Translations under genes and position numbers: made by a program | Part shown: one piece after another, positions 33,721-41,981 of the stretch | Layout: the number at the start of each line of letters is the position of its first letter | Numbering within the stretch: the first letter of the stretch is position 1 | Notes under the pieces: model-generated | The model's database searches: none | Seen by the model: only the letters and a program-made list of their open reading frames with translations | What the model was told of the DNA's origin: nothing | Source of the DNA: Candidatus Dormiibacterota bacterium | Lineage (GTDB): Bacteria > Chloroflexota > Dormibacteria > CF-121 | Assembly (NCBI GenBank): GCA_036390825.1 | Contig: DASWBA010000116.1 | Span: 37,442 to 101,441 of the forward strand | Reading direction: 5' to 3' | Length of the DNA stretch: 64,000 nt

Positions 33721-34256
33721 ATGGTGAAGACCAGCCCGTAGCCGCGGCGAGGCTCACTGACCAGATGGGCGGGAACGCCGCTGGTCGCAAGGTGGCGTCG
33801 CAGGCGGACGATGTAGGTACGAAGTTGCTCTGGTGCCAGGTCGGGCGCGGACCAGGCAAGGCTGACGAGCTGCGAAGCCGAGTAGAACTGCCCCGGCCGC
33901 CTTGCCAGGAAGGCGAGCAACTCCGCCTCGCGACGGGTGAGCGTGATGCGTTTTCCGGCATAGCTGAGGACCCGGCGTCGCACATCGAGGTCGAGACCGG
34001 CGAGGTCCCACAGCCGGCGCTCCCAGAACTCGAGCCGCGACCGCAACCGGCGCAGGTGGGTCTCCATGACCCGCTCGTCCACATCGCCAACCCCGTTGCG
34101 AAGCCGGCTCAGTGTTCGCTCCGAGAATGAGACCAGCTCACGATAGATGCTGACCCATTGGCGAGCGTCTTCGAGGTCGCGCGTCTCGGGGACTTCCCCG
34201 GGGAGCAGATAGAGCTCGACGACAGATTGGCGTGAAACGCTCAGGCGGGCCATCAA
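33717..34256 (-). CDS. OmpR/PhoB-type winged-helix DNA-binding protein without receiver domain
   Basis: The C-terminal part ITLTRREAELLAFLARRPGQFYSASQLVSLAWS...LRTYIVRLRRHLA...VSEPRRGYGLVF matches the Trans_reg_C pattern. The N-terminal ~85 aa are helical with no receiver Asp pocket. Confidence 0.7.
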   Translation of the reverse strand: MMARLSVSRQSVVELYLLPGEVPETRDLEDARQWVSIYRELVSFSERTLSRLRNGVGDVDERVMETHLRRLRSRLEFWERRLWDLAGLDLDVRRRVLSYAGKRITLTRREAELLAFLARRPGQFYSASQLVSLAWSAPDLAPEQLRTYIVRLRRHLATSGVPAHLVSEPRRGYGLVFTI

Positions 34257-34308
34257 CGCGATACTACGCTCAACTGACCCAGTTGTAGCATGGGTCAGGA
34301 GGGGAGCT

Positions 34309-34962
34309 TTGTTGCATCAGGGGCGACCGTCACCCGAGCCGGATGAGGTTGAGCTACCGCTGAAGGCCCGGCCGTTTACCGATGCGGCCTTTGACGTGGT
34401 CGCCCTGGCATCGTCAGCGGGTGGCATTGCCGCGCTGAGTGAGATCCTGGGAAGTCTGCCTGCTGACTTCCCGGCCGCGATCGTCGTCGTGCAGCACCTC
34501 GATCCCCGGCACCGGAGCCTGATGGCCGACATTCTTCGACGGCGGACGCCGCTCGACGTGGTGCAGGCCGCCGAAGGTGATCACATCCGCCCGGGCACGG
34601 CCTACATCGCGCCCCCCGATCGCCACCTGCTGGTTAATCCCGATGGCACCCTCTCCCTCTCCTACTCGGAGCTGGTCCATTTCGTGCGGCCGAGCGCCGA
34701 TCTGCTGTTCGAGTCGGTGGCCGCCAGCTACAAGAAGCGGGCGATTGCGGTGGTGCTCACCGGGACCGGCAGCGACGGCTCGATGGGCATCGGCGCGATC
34801 AAGAAGATGGGCGGGACGGTCGTCGCCCAGGACCAGGCCTCGGCGGAGTTCAGCGGCATGCCAGGGGCGGCGATCCGGTCGGGCAATGCCGATTTCATCC
34901 TTCCGCTCGACGAAATCGCGCCGGCCCTCGTGACACTGGTGATGAAAGAGATGGCCACGTGA
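34309..34962 (+). CDS. CheB-type protein-glutamate methylesterase, catalytic domain only
   Basis: VVALASSAGGIAAL, VVVQHLDP, VLTGTGSDGSMG and SGMPGAAI (Ser-His-Asp triad context). No N-terminal receiver domain. TTG start. Confidence 0.85.
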   Translation: MLHQGRPSPEPDEVELPLKARPFTDAAFDVVALASSAGGIAALSEILGSLPADFPAAIVVVQHLDPRHRSLMADILRRRTPLDVVQAAEGDHIRPGTAYIAPPDRHLLVNPDGTLSLSYSELVHFVRPSADLLFESVAASYKKRAIAVVLTGTGSDGSMGIGAIKKMGGTVVAQDQASAEFSGMPGAAIRSGNADFILPLDEIAPALVTLVMKEMAT

Positions 34963-36821
34963 CCGACGAGCCGGAGGGCCCCGACTTCGAGCGTTTGCTG
35001 CAGTACCTCCGCGAAACGCGCGGCTTCGATTTCAGCGGTTACAAGCGAAATACGCTCTTACGCCGCATCGCAAAGCGGATGACGCACGTCGGGGTCAATG
35101 ATCATGGGGCGTACCTCGACTACCTGCAGGCGAATCCCGACGAATTCGCCGCCTTGTTCAACACCATCCTGATCAACGTCACCAGCTACTTTCGAGATGC
35201 CGAAGCGTGGGACTATCTGCGAGCGGAGATCCTGCCCAAGATCATTGACGCCAAAGCCCCGTACGAACCAATCAGGGTGTGGAGTGCTGGGGTCGCGTCC
35301 GGCGAGGAAGCGTACAGCGTCGCCATGCTTCTCTCCGAGGTGCTCGGCTCGTCCGAATACCGCGAGCGGGCGAAGATTTACGCGACTGACGTCGATGAAG
35401 ACGCGCTGACCCACGCGCGCCAGGGCAGGGCAACCGAGAAGGACCTGGAGGAGGTCGCCGCCAACCTGCGGGAAAAATACTTCGAGCGCGAAGGCGACGA
35501 CCACTATGTCCTTCGGAGCGAGCTACGGCGGTCGATCATTTTCGGGCGCCACGACCTGGTGCAGGACGCGCCGATCTCGCGCATCGATCTGCTGGTCTGC
35601 CGCAACACCCTGATGTATTTCGAGCCGGAGGCGCAGGCAAGGATCCTGGCCCGCCTGCATTACGCCTTGACTGAAAAGGGCTACCTGTTCCTGGGAAAGG
35701 CCGAGATGCTCCTCCGGCGTGACACGCTCTTCGTCCCGGTCGACTTGAAGCAGCGGATCTTCACGAAGATCCCCCGGCCGGGGGCACGGGAACAGCGGGC
35801 CGCGGCCGTCCAGGCGACCACCTTCGACCCTGCCAACCAGTCGCCGCGACATGGCCGTCTTCGTGAGCTCATGGTCGATGCATTGCCGGTCGCCCAAATC
35901 GTGGTTGATCCCGGCGGCATCGTGATCGCCGTCAACGAGCGCGCGCGTTCCGTCTTCGGCCTCGTTCCCGCGGACGTCGGACGGCCGCTGCAGGATCTCG
36001 AAGTCTCGTACCGTCCGATCGAATTGCGCTCGCTGATCGAGCAGGCCTATCGCGACCGGCGCCCGGTGGAGGCCCGCGACGTCGAACGAAGACCAGCGAA
36101 CGGTGAAGCCCAGTATTTCGATCTCAATGTGGTGCAGCTGATCGATAAGGATGGCAGTGTGCTGGGGGCCAGCATTGCGTTTACCGACGTCACGAGCTAC
36201 AACCGCGTCCATCGTGAGTTGGAGCGCTCCAAGCAGGAGCTCGAAACGACGTCCGAGGAGTTGCAGGCTACCAATGAGGAGCTGGAGACGACCAACGAGG
36301 AGCTGCAGTCGACCGTGGAGGAACTGGAGACGACCAACGAGGAGTTGCAGTCGAGCAACGAGGAACTCGAGACCATGAATGAGGAGCTCGAGTCGACGAA
36401 CACCGAGCTGGAGACGATCAACACCGAAATGCAGCAGCGCGGAACGCAGTTGGACCACATCAATGTCTTCATGGAAGACGTCCTGGCCAACGTCAAGACG
36501 GGCGTGGCCGTCCTCGACAAAGACCTCCGCGTTCAGCTCTGGAACCCGCAGTCGGAGGAACTCTGGGGCGTGCGCGCCAGTGAAACGATCGGCCAGCCGC
36601 TGCTGTCCCTCGATATCGGGTTGCCGGTCGGCGAGTTGGTAGCCCCAATCAGTGAGGCGATCAAGAGTGCCAGCGGCTTTCGCGAGGTGACGGTCAACTC
36701 CACCAACCGCCGCGGCCAGCGCTTCCGTTGCCGGGTGCAATGCAGTGCCATGGCGGCCGTCGACGGCGGCCGGGGCGCCATCCTGCTGATGGAAGCGGTC
36801 GAGGCCCAGAAGACACTCTAA
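34959..36821 (+). CDS. CheR-type methyltransferase fused to PAS - coiled coil - PAS
   Basis: FSGYKRNTLLRRI and IRVWSAGVASGEEAYSVAMLL (CheR SAM fold), then a PAS domain, the EEL(Q/E)(S/T)TNEEL heptad array, then a second PAS. GTGA overlap with the cheB-like stop. Confidence 0.9.
   Translation: MTDEPEGPDFERLLQYLRETRGFDFSGYKRNTLLRRIAKRMTHVGVNDHGAYLDYLQANPDEFAALFNTILINVTSYFRDAEAWDYLRAEILPKIIDAKAPYEPIRVWSAGVASGEEAYSVAMLLSEVLGSSEYRERAKIYATDVDEDALTHARQGRATEKDLEEVAANLREKYFEREGDDHYVLRSELRRSIIFGRHDLVQDAPISRIDLLVCRNTLMYFEPEAQARILARLHYALTEKGYLFLGKAEMLLRRDTLFVPVDLKQRIFTKIPRPGAREQRAAAVQATTFDPANQSPRHGRLRELMVDALPVAQIVVDPGGIVIAVNERARSVFGLVPADVGRPLQDLEVSYRPIELRSLIEQAYRDRRPVEARDVERRPANGEAQYFDLNVVQLIDKDGSVLGASIAFTDVTSYNRVHRELERSKQELETTSEELQATNEELETTNEELQSTVEELETTNEELQSSNEELETMNEELESTNTELETINTEMQQRGTQLDHINVFMEDVLANVKTGVAVLDKDLRVQLWNPQSEELWGVRASETIGQPLLSLDIGLPVGELVAPISEAIKSASGFREVTVNSTNRRGQRFRCRVQCSAMAAVDGGRGAILLMEAVEAQKTL
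36234..36431 (+). repeat. about nine imperfect 21-nt tandem units (coding) specifying the heptad coiled coil of the CheR-PAS protein
   Basis: gag gag ctg cag tcg acc aac-type units encode ELETTSEELQATNEELETTNEELQSTVEELETTNEELQSSNEELETMNEELESTNTELETINTEMQ. Confidence 0.7.
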
Positions 36822-37726
36822 CGACGGTGCCCAGCGACGTCGCGGCGATCATGCACCGAGGCAGCAATTGCCCGGACGTGTTCGGGAGAACTGCCGCAGC
36901 AGCCTCCGACCACCTGCGCCCCGGCGTCGACGAAGCGCTGGGCAAACACGGCCATCTCAGCTGGGGTGGTGTCGTAGCGGGCGATCTCGCCAACCATGCG
37001 CGGCAAACCCGCATTCGGCTTGATCCAGAGCGGAATGCCTGCCTTGAGCCCAGCGAGCTCGTGGACAACCTGCTCCATGTCCTCCAGCGATCGACCGCAA
37101 TTGGCGCCGATCGCCGCGACCTCGAGCGGGGCGATCGCCTCCATGACTCGGGTCGGACTGAGACCCATCATGGTGCGGGTTCCCCGATCGAAGCTGAAGG
37201 TGACAACCATCGGTAGGGCTGTGGCGCGCCGCACCCCTTCGATCGCGGCAAGGGCTTCGTCGAGCGCAAAGAACGTTTCCAGGAGAAGCAGGTCAACCCC
37301 CGCCTCGCCGAGCGCGGCGGCTTGCTCGGCGTAGGCATCGGCGGCTGCCGCCGGCGTCAACTCGCCCAACGGTTCCATTAGCAGCCCGGTCGGGCCCATC
37401 GACCCGGCCACCAATACGCCGGGCCTGGCCAAGGCCGCCTCGCGGGCCAGTGCCACGGCGGCATGATTCAGGTCCGTCGTGCGACCGGCGTAACGCGATT
37501 CGCGTAAGCGCGGTGAGGTCGCCCCGAAGGTATCGGTCAGGATGATGTCGGAACCCGACTCGATGAAGGCTCGGTGGAGACCGCGGACCTTCTCGGGCTG
37601 GTCGAAGATCCACTCTTCGGGCGCCACACCGATCGCCATTCCCATCTGCTGATAGTTGGTGGCAGTAGCTCCGTCGGCGATCAGGATTTCGCCCGCCTTC
37701 AGCCGATCGACGAAATCCTTTCCCAC
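36818..37726 (-). CDS. homocysteine S-methyltransferase family protein
   Basis: ILIADGATATNYQ, DIILTDTFGA, IGANCG and VGGCCGSSPEH (zinc-binding Cys residues). 302 aa. Confidence 0.85.
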   Translation of the reverse strand: MGKDFVDRLKAGEILIADGATATNYQQMGMAIGVAPEEWIFDQPEKVRGLHRAFIESGSDIILTDTFGATSPRLRESRYAGRTTDLNHAAVALAREAALARPGVLVAGSMGPTGLLMEPLGELTPAAAADAYAEQAAALGEAGVDLLLLETFFALDEALAAIEGVRRATALPMVVTFSFDRGTRTMMGLSPTRVMEAIAPLEVAAIGANCGRSLEDMEQVVHELAGLKAGIPLWIKPNAGLPRMVGEIARYDTTPAEMAVFAQRFVDAGAQVVGGCCGSSPEHVRAIAASVHDRRDVAGHRR

Positions 37727-37734
37727 GGCGATGG

Positions 37735-38109
37735 CTAGGATCTCCTGGCGACTGCCGCATTGATGGCGGCAGCCGTGGACTCTGGATCGGACACCTCGAG
37801 CACCAACTTTGCGAATCGTTCGTGGTCGAGCTCGATGATTACAGTTCGATCAGGATCATGCACGTCCCAGAAGGCATGTTCTCCGTCGAGAAACAAGAAG
37901 CTACCGGCCATCACGACGTAGGGCACATCGGTTCCAGGCACATGCGCGCGCAGTGGGTTGCCCCACCGTCGGCGCACCTCGGGCGGGCTCACGGCAGCAC
38001 CTTTCACGTGGGCGAGAGGAATACTCAGCTCACTCCTTAGCGCGAGCACCTGGTCGAGGCCCTGAACCCGGGCGACCAGTTGATCATCCTGGATCTCAAC
38101 TCTCGTCAT
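37735..38109 (-). CDS. hypothetical protein (small beta-rich, PH-like?)
   Basis: 124-aa ORF with plausible composition. No motif recognised. Confidence 0.45.
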   Translation of the reverse strand: MTRVEIQDDQLVARVQGLDQVLALRSELSIPLAHVKGAAVSPPEVRRRWGNPLRAHVPGTDVPYVVMAGSFLFLDGEHAFWDVHDPDRTVIIELDHERFAKLVLEVSDPESTAAAINAAVARRS

Positions 38110-38171
38110 GTGAACCCATTCGCGATACGAGGATAGACGACGTAAACCCGATCGCGGCTATCCTTGCTCCC

Positions 38172-38621
38172 ATGACCGAAATGACGACCAATCCGACTAC
38201 ATCGAGCGGTGGCCCCCGTCTCAACGCGAGCTCCCTTGAAGATGCCAGCGCCTTCGTCCGCGCCGCCGGTCTCATCATCGACGAGATCACCGACTCCCGG
38301 GTGACCGGCTACCTGGAGCTGGGGCCGGAGCATCTCACCCCATGGGGGATCGTGCATGGCGGTGTGTACTCGACTGCGGTGGAGAGCGCCGCGAGCGTCG
38401 GCGCGAGCACCGCCGTGCGCGGACGGGGCGAGGTGGCCGTTGGTCTCAGCAATACGACGCACTACTTCCGATCCCTCACCGCCGGGCATGTGCTCGTCCA
38501 AGCGACCGCCCTCTACCAGGGCCGCACCCAACAACTATGGCGGGTCGATATCACCGACGAGACCGGTCGGCTCATCGCGCACGGCGAGGTTCGTCTGCAA
38601 AATGTCGCCGCCCAACCCTGA
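38172..38621 (+). CDS. PaaI/hotdog-fold thioesterase
   Basis: GIVHGGVYSTAVESAASVGA and ALYQGRTQQLWRVDITDETGRLIAHGEVRL are typical of the PaaI family. The track start at 37953 is over-extended across the divergent gene. Confidence 0.8.
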   Translation: MTEMTTNPTTSSGGPRLNASSLEDASAFVRAAGLIIDEITDSRVTGYLELGPEHLTPWGIVHGGVYSTAVESAASVGASTAVRGRGEVAVGLSNTTHYFRSLTAGHVLVQATALYQGRTQQLWRVDITDETGRLIAHGEVRLQNVAAQP

Positions 38622-38677
38622 CACCGCAACCTGAGATTGGATTTGAGATTCGCCAGGTTAGCTGGTATGAGTCGGAC

Positions 38678-40033
38678 GTGAAGCAAACGGTCTCCCGGCC
38701 TCGCGGAGCCCATTCGGAACAAGATCTGTGCCTGGCACCCGGGCGCAGCGTCGATGCTGCCCTCGCCCAGGGCGGCCGTTATGGACGCATGTTTCCCGAC
38801 CTGCCGGCAGTCCTGTTCGATGACGATCGGCTGCTCGCGCTTGGGATCGAAGGCAGTCTCTGCGATGGCGGGGCCTGTGACACCGAGAGTCACATCGAAG
38901 CCGGTCAGCCCTTCTTCGGCCAGTACGTCGCGCACGACCTGACTGCCGATCGTTCGCCGTTACGGGTGCACGGCGACATCAATACACTGCGCAACGCTCG
39001 CACGCCACGCGCGAATCTCGAAGCCCTTTACGGCGCCGGCCCGGTCGGCGCGCCCTACCTCTTCGATCAAACAGATCCAGCCAAATTGCTGCTTGGCGTC
39101 GGCGGTCGCGATCTACCTCGCAACCAGCAGGGCATGGCACTCATCGGCGACCCGCGAAACGATGTGCACGGCTTCATGACGGGTCTCCAGGTGGCATTCA
39201 TCCAGGCGCATAACCGCCTGGTTGATCAGCTGAGGGCCGAAGGCGTTCCAGAGTCCGAACTGTTCGACGATGCTCGGCGGGCGCTGATCTGGCACTACCA
39301 GTGGGTCATCCTCAATGATTTCCTCCCCAACCTGGTCGGCAGCGCGATGACGAGGAGTGTCCTTGAGGATGGACTTCGCTTTTATCACCTCACGGGCGAT
39401 CCGTTCATCCCGGTCGAGTTCGCGGACGCCGCGTATCGCTACGGTCACTCGCAGATCAAAGGCGACTACCAACTCCGGCCGGGTGGTGAGCGCTTCCCCG
39501 TCTTCCCCGATTTGGCTGGTTTCCGGCCACTCGCGCCGGAACATGTGATCGATTGGGCGCTGCTGTTCGATGTGCCGGGCCGCCCGCCGGCACAACGTGC
39601 CAAGCCGATCGATGGCCAGCTGCCAACTTCACTCATTCGACTTCCGGAATCGATCACCGGCACCGTCGAAGTCAGCGCCTATCGGTCGCTTGCCGCGCGT
39701 GACCTGCAGCGCGGAATGGGAACCGGCCTGCCGTCCGGCGAAGCGGTTGCCGGTGCCATTGGCACCAGAGCGCTGAGCCGCCAGGAGCTCGCCCTCGACG
39801 GTTGGCAGGACGAAACGCCGCTCTGGCTGTACATCCTTCGCGAGGCGGCGGTCCGCCGTGGAGGCGACCACCTGGGCGAGGTCGGCGGCCGCATCGTCGC
39901 CGAGGTCCTGGTCGGCATCATTCGCACCGACCCCGAGTCGTATCTCACCAACGATCCATCCTGGCAGCCAACCCTGGCGTCCCACGAGTCGGGAACCTTC
40001 AAGATCCGCGATCTCCTCATCCCCACCAGCTAA
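38678..40033 (+). CDS. animal-haem-peroxidase-superfamily protein (bacterial)
   Basis: FFGQYVAHDLT (distal His context), NLEALYG, LIGDPRNDVH, LQVAFIQAHNRLVDQL, WHYQWVILNDFLP and AAYRYGHSQI (proximal His context). GTG 38678 was chosen. Confidence 0.8.
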   Translation: MKQTVSRPRGAHSEQDLCLAPGRSVDAALAQGGRYGRMFPDLPAVLFDDDRLLALGIEGSLCDGGACDTESHIEAGQPFFGQYVAHDLTADRSPLRVHGDINTLRNARTPRANLEALYGAGPVGAPYLFDQTDPAKLLLGVGGRDLPRNQQGMALIGDPRNDVHGFMTGLQVAFIQAHNRLVDQLRAEGVPESELFDDARRALIWHYQWVILNDFLPNLVGSAMTRSVLEDGLRFYHLTGDPFIPVEFADAAYRYGHSQIKGDYQLRPGGERFPVFPDLAGFRPLAPEHVIDWALLFDVPGRPPAQRAKPIDGQLPTSLIRLPESITGTVEVSAYRSLAARDLQRGMGTGLPSGEAVAGAIGTRALSRQELALDGWQDETPLWLYILREAAVRRGGDHLGEVGGRIVAEVLVGIIRTDPESYLTNDPSWQPTLASHESGTFKIRDLLIPTS

Positions 40034-40066
40034 ACGCCGCGACCCGGGGGCCAACTCCACAGCCAC

Positions 40067-40087
40067 ATTATCAAGATTTGTGATAAT
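40067..40087. promoter_or_regulatory. Fur-family-like (Fur/Zur) palindromic operator overlapping a -10 element
   Basis: attatca agatttg tgataat has 7-nt perfect inverted arms. gataat (40082-40087) lies 8 nt before the GTG start at 40096. Confidence 0.4.
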
Positions 40088-40095
40088 GTCTCATT

Positions 40096-40968
40096 GTGTC
40101 GTTCGATCCCAGGGCGCCGCTTGATCCGAGCCAGGTCGAGGATGCCCGCGGAAGCCGCATCGGTGGCCGAGGCCTCGCGATTGGTGGAGGTGGCATCGGC
40201 ACGGTCGTGCTGTTGGTCGTCTACCTGCTCATGGGAGGCAATCTCACGAGCCTGCTGGGCAGCCAGGATCCGAATTCGGGGCCGCCGCCGCAGACGAGCA
40301 CGCTACAACAGTGCAATACCGGCGCCGACGCGAACCAGCGGGAGGAGTGCCGAATCGTCGGCTACGTCAACAGCATCCAGAAGTACTGGAGCGACGAGCT
40401 GACTCAGGCTGGGCAACAGTACCGTCCGGCGAAAACGGTGATCTTCAGTGACCAGCTATCCACGGGCTGCGGGATCGCGTCCTCCCAGGTCGGCCCGTTC
40501 TATTGCCCACCCGATGAGCGGGTGTACATCGACCTCGGGTTCTTCCAGGATCTGCAATCGAAGTTCGGCGCCCGCGGCGGATCACTGGCCGAGGGTTATG
40601 TCGTGGCGCACGAATATGGGCACCACATCCAGGACCTGGCCGGGCAGCTGTCATCGGGTTCGGGCCAGCAGGGTGCCACTGGCAGCTCCGTGCGCACGGA
40701 GCTGCAGGCCGACTGTTTCGCCGGCGTGTGGGCGAACCACGCGTCGGCCACCGGGTTCCTCGAACCGCTGACGAGTGATCAAATCGCGCAAGCGTTGGAC
40801 GCGGCCGCCGCCGTTGGCGACGACCGGATCCAGCAGAAGACGCAGGGCCAGGTCCATCCGGAAACCTGGACCCATGGGTCGGCGGCCCAGCGCCAGAAGT
40901 GGTTCGCGACCGGCTACAAGCAGGGAAGCCCGGCCGACTGCGACACCTTCCACGCCGTCAATCTCTAG
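40096..40968 (+). CDS. YpfJ-like neutral zinc metallopeptidase
   Basis: An N-terminal TM, then [45 protein letters not shown], the zinc motif [11 protein letters not shown], and [11 protein letters not shown]. Confidence 0.85.
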   Translation: MSFDPRAPLDPSQVEDARGSRIGGRGLAIGGGGIGTVVLLVVYLLMGGNLTSLLGSQDPNSGPPPQTSTLQQCNTGADANQREECRIVGYVNSIQKYWSDELTQAGQQYRPAKTVIFSDQLSTGCGIASSQVGPFYCPPDERVYIDLGFFQDLQSKFGARGGSLAEGYVVAHEYGHHIQDLAGQLSSGSGQQGATGSSVRTELQADCFAGVWANHASATGFLEPLTSDQIAQALDAAAAVGDDRIQQKTQGQVHPETWTHGSAAQRQKWFATGYKQGSPADCDTFHAVNL

Positions 40969-41003
40969 TACAAAATTCTGCTCGGCAGCGGTTGGCTGCC
41001 ATC

Positions 41004-41951
41004 ATGGTGGGTATGCCTTTCTTCGGTTATCACATGCCCAGCTTCACGTTTCCGGATGTGCCCACGGAGCAGCTATTCGATCACGTGGCTGGACTCGCAC
41101 GCTCCGCGGAATCGGCCGGCTTCGAGCTCGTGACCGTGATGGACCACTTCTACCAGATCACCGGCATCGGCGCCGAGGAGGAGCCCATGCTCGAGGCCTA
41201 TACGACGCTCGGGGCTCTCGCGCGCGAGACCAGCAATGTGCGGCTGGCCACCCTCGTGACGGGGGTGACCTATCGCAACCCGGCGCTCGTGGCCAAAATG
41301 GTAACGACCCTCGACGTTCTTTCAAAGGGGCGCGCGGTCTGTGGCATCGGCGCCGCCTGGAATGACTCCGAGCACATCGGGTATGGCTTCGAATTTCCGC
41401 CCATCCCGGAGCGCATGGATCGGCTCGACGAGGCGCTTACCATCTTGAAGTTGATGTTCACGCAGGAGCGGCCATCGTTCGCCGGCACGCACTACCGGAT
41501 CGACCGTGCGCTCAACAACCCCCGGCCGTTGCAAGCCGGTGGTCCGCAGATCCTGGTCGGGGGCGGCGGCGAGAAGCGCACCCTGCGCCTGGTCGCGCGC
41601 CACGCGGACATGTCTCACTGGTTCGGCCCGCTGGCCGACATCAAACGGAAGAGCCAAATCCTGGACCGGTACTGCGAAGAAGAGGGGCGTGATCCAGCAA
41701 CTATCACCAGGACCATGGGCTCCCCGGTCGTCCTCGTCGAGAACGAAGGCCAGGCCAAGGCCGTGATGGAACGGATGCCTCCCGAGCGGCGGGTCATGTT
41801 TCAGCCGGCGACGCCCGAGCAGGCCGCCGAAATCCTGCAGGACTATATTGCCGTCGGTATCCAGGGCTTCACGTTCGGCAATCCCACGCTACGCACGCCG
41901 GAAGAATTCGGACGCGCCCAGCGGCTGATCAAGGCGATCAAGAACCCGTAG
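41004..41951 (+). CDS. LLM-class (luciferase-like) F420-dependent oxidoreductase
   Basis: FGYHMPSFTFPD, TVMDHFYQI, LEAYTTLGALA, LATLVTGVTYRNPALVAKMVTTLDVLSKGRAVCGIGAAW. The alternative ATG is at 41013. Confidence 0.85.
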   Translation: MVGMPFFGYHMPSFTFPDVPTEQLFDHVAGLARSAESAGFELVTVMDHFYQITGIGAEEEPMLEAYTTLGALARETSNVRLATLVTGVTYRNPALVAKMVTTLDVLSKGRAVCGIGAAWNDSEHIGYGFEFPPIPERMDRLDEALTILKLMFTQERPSFAGTHYRIDRALNNPRPLQAGGPQILVGGGGEKRTLRLVARHADMSHWFGPLADIKRKSQILDRYCEEEGRDPATITRTMGSPVVLVENEGQAKAVMERMPPERRVMFQPATPEQAAEILQDYIAVGIQGFTFGNPTLRTPEEFGRAQRLIKAIKNP

Positions 41952-41981
41952 CCGGGGCGACGTCCCCAATTGTCTATCTGG

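Noticed and set aside
36234-36431. Tandem 21-nt repeats as a CRISPR-like or VNTR locus
   Set aside because: There are no spacers. The units are contiguous and in frame within a long ORF with PAS domains on both sides, so they encode a heptad coiled coil.
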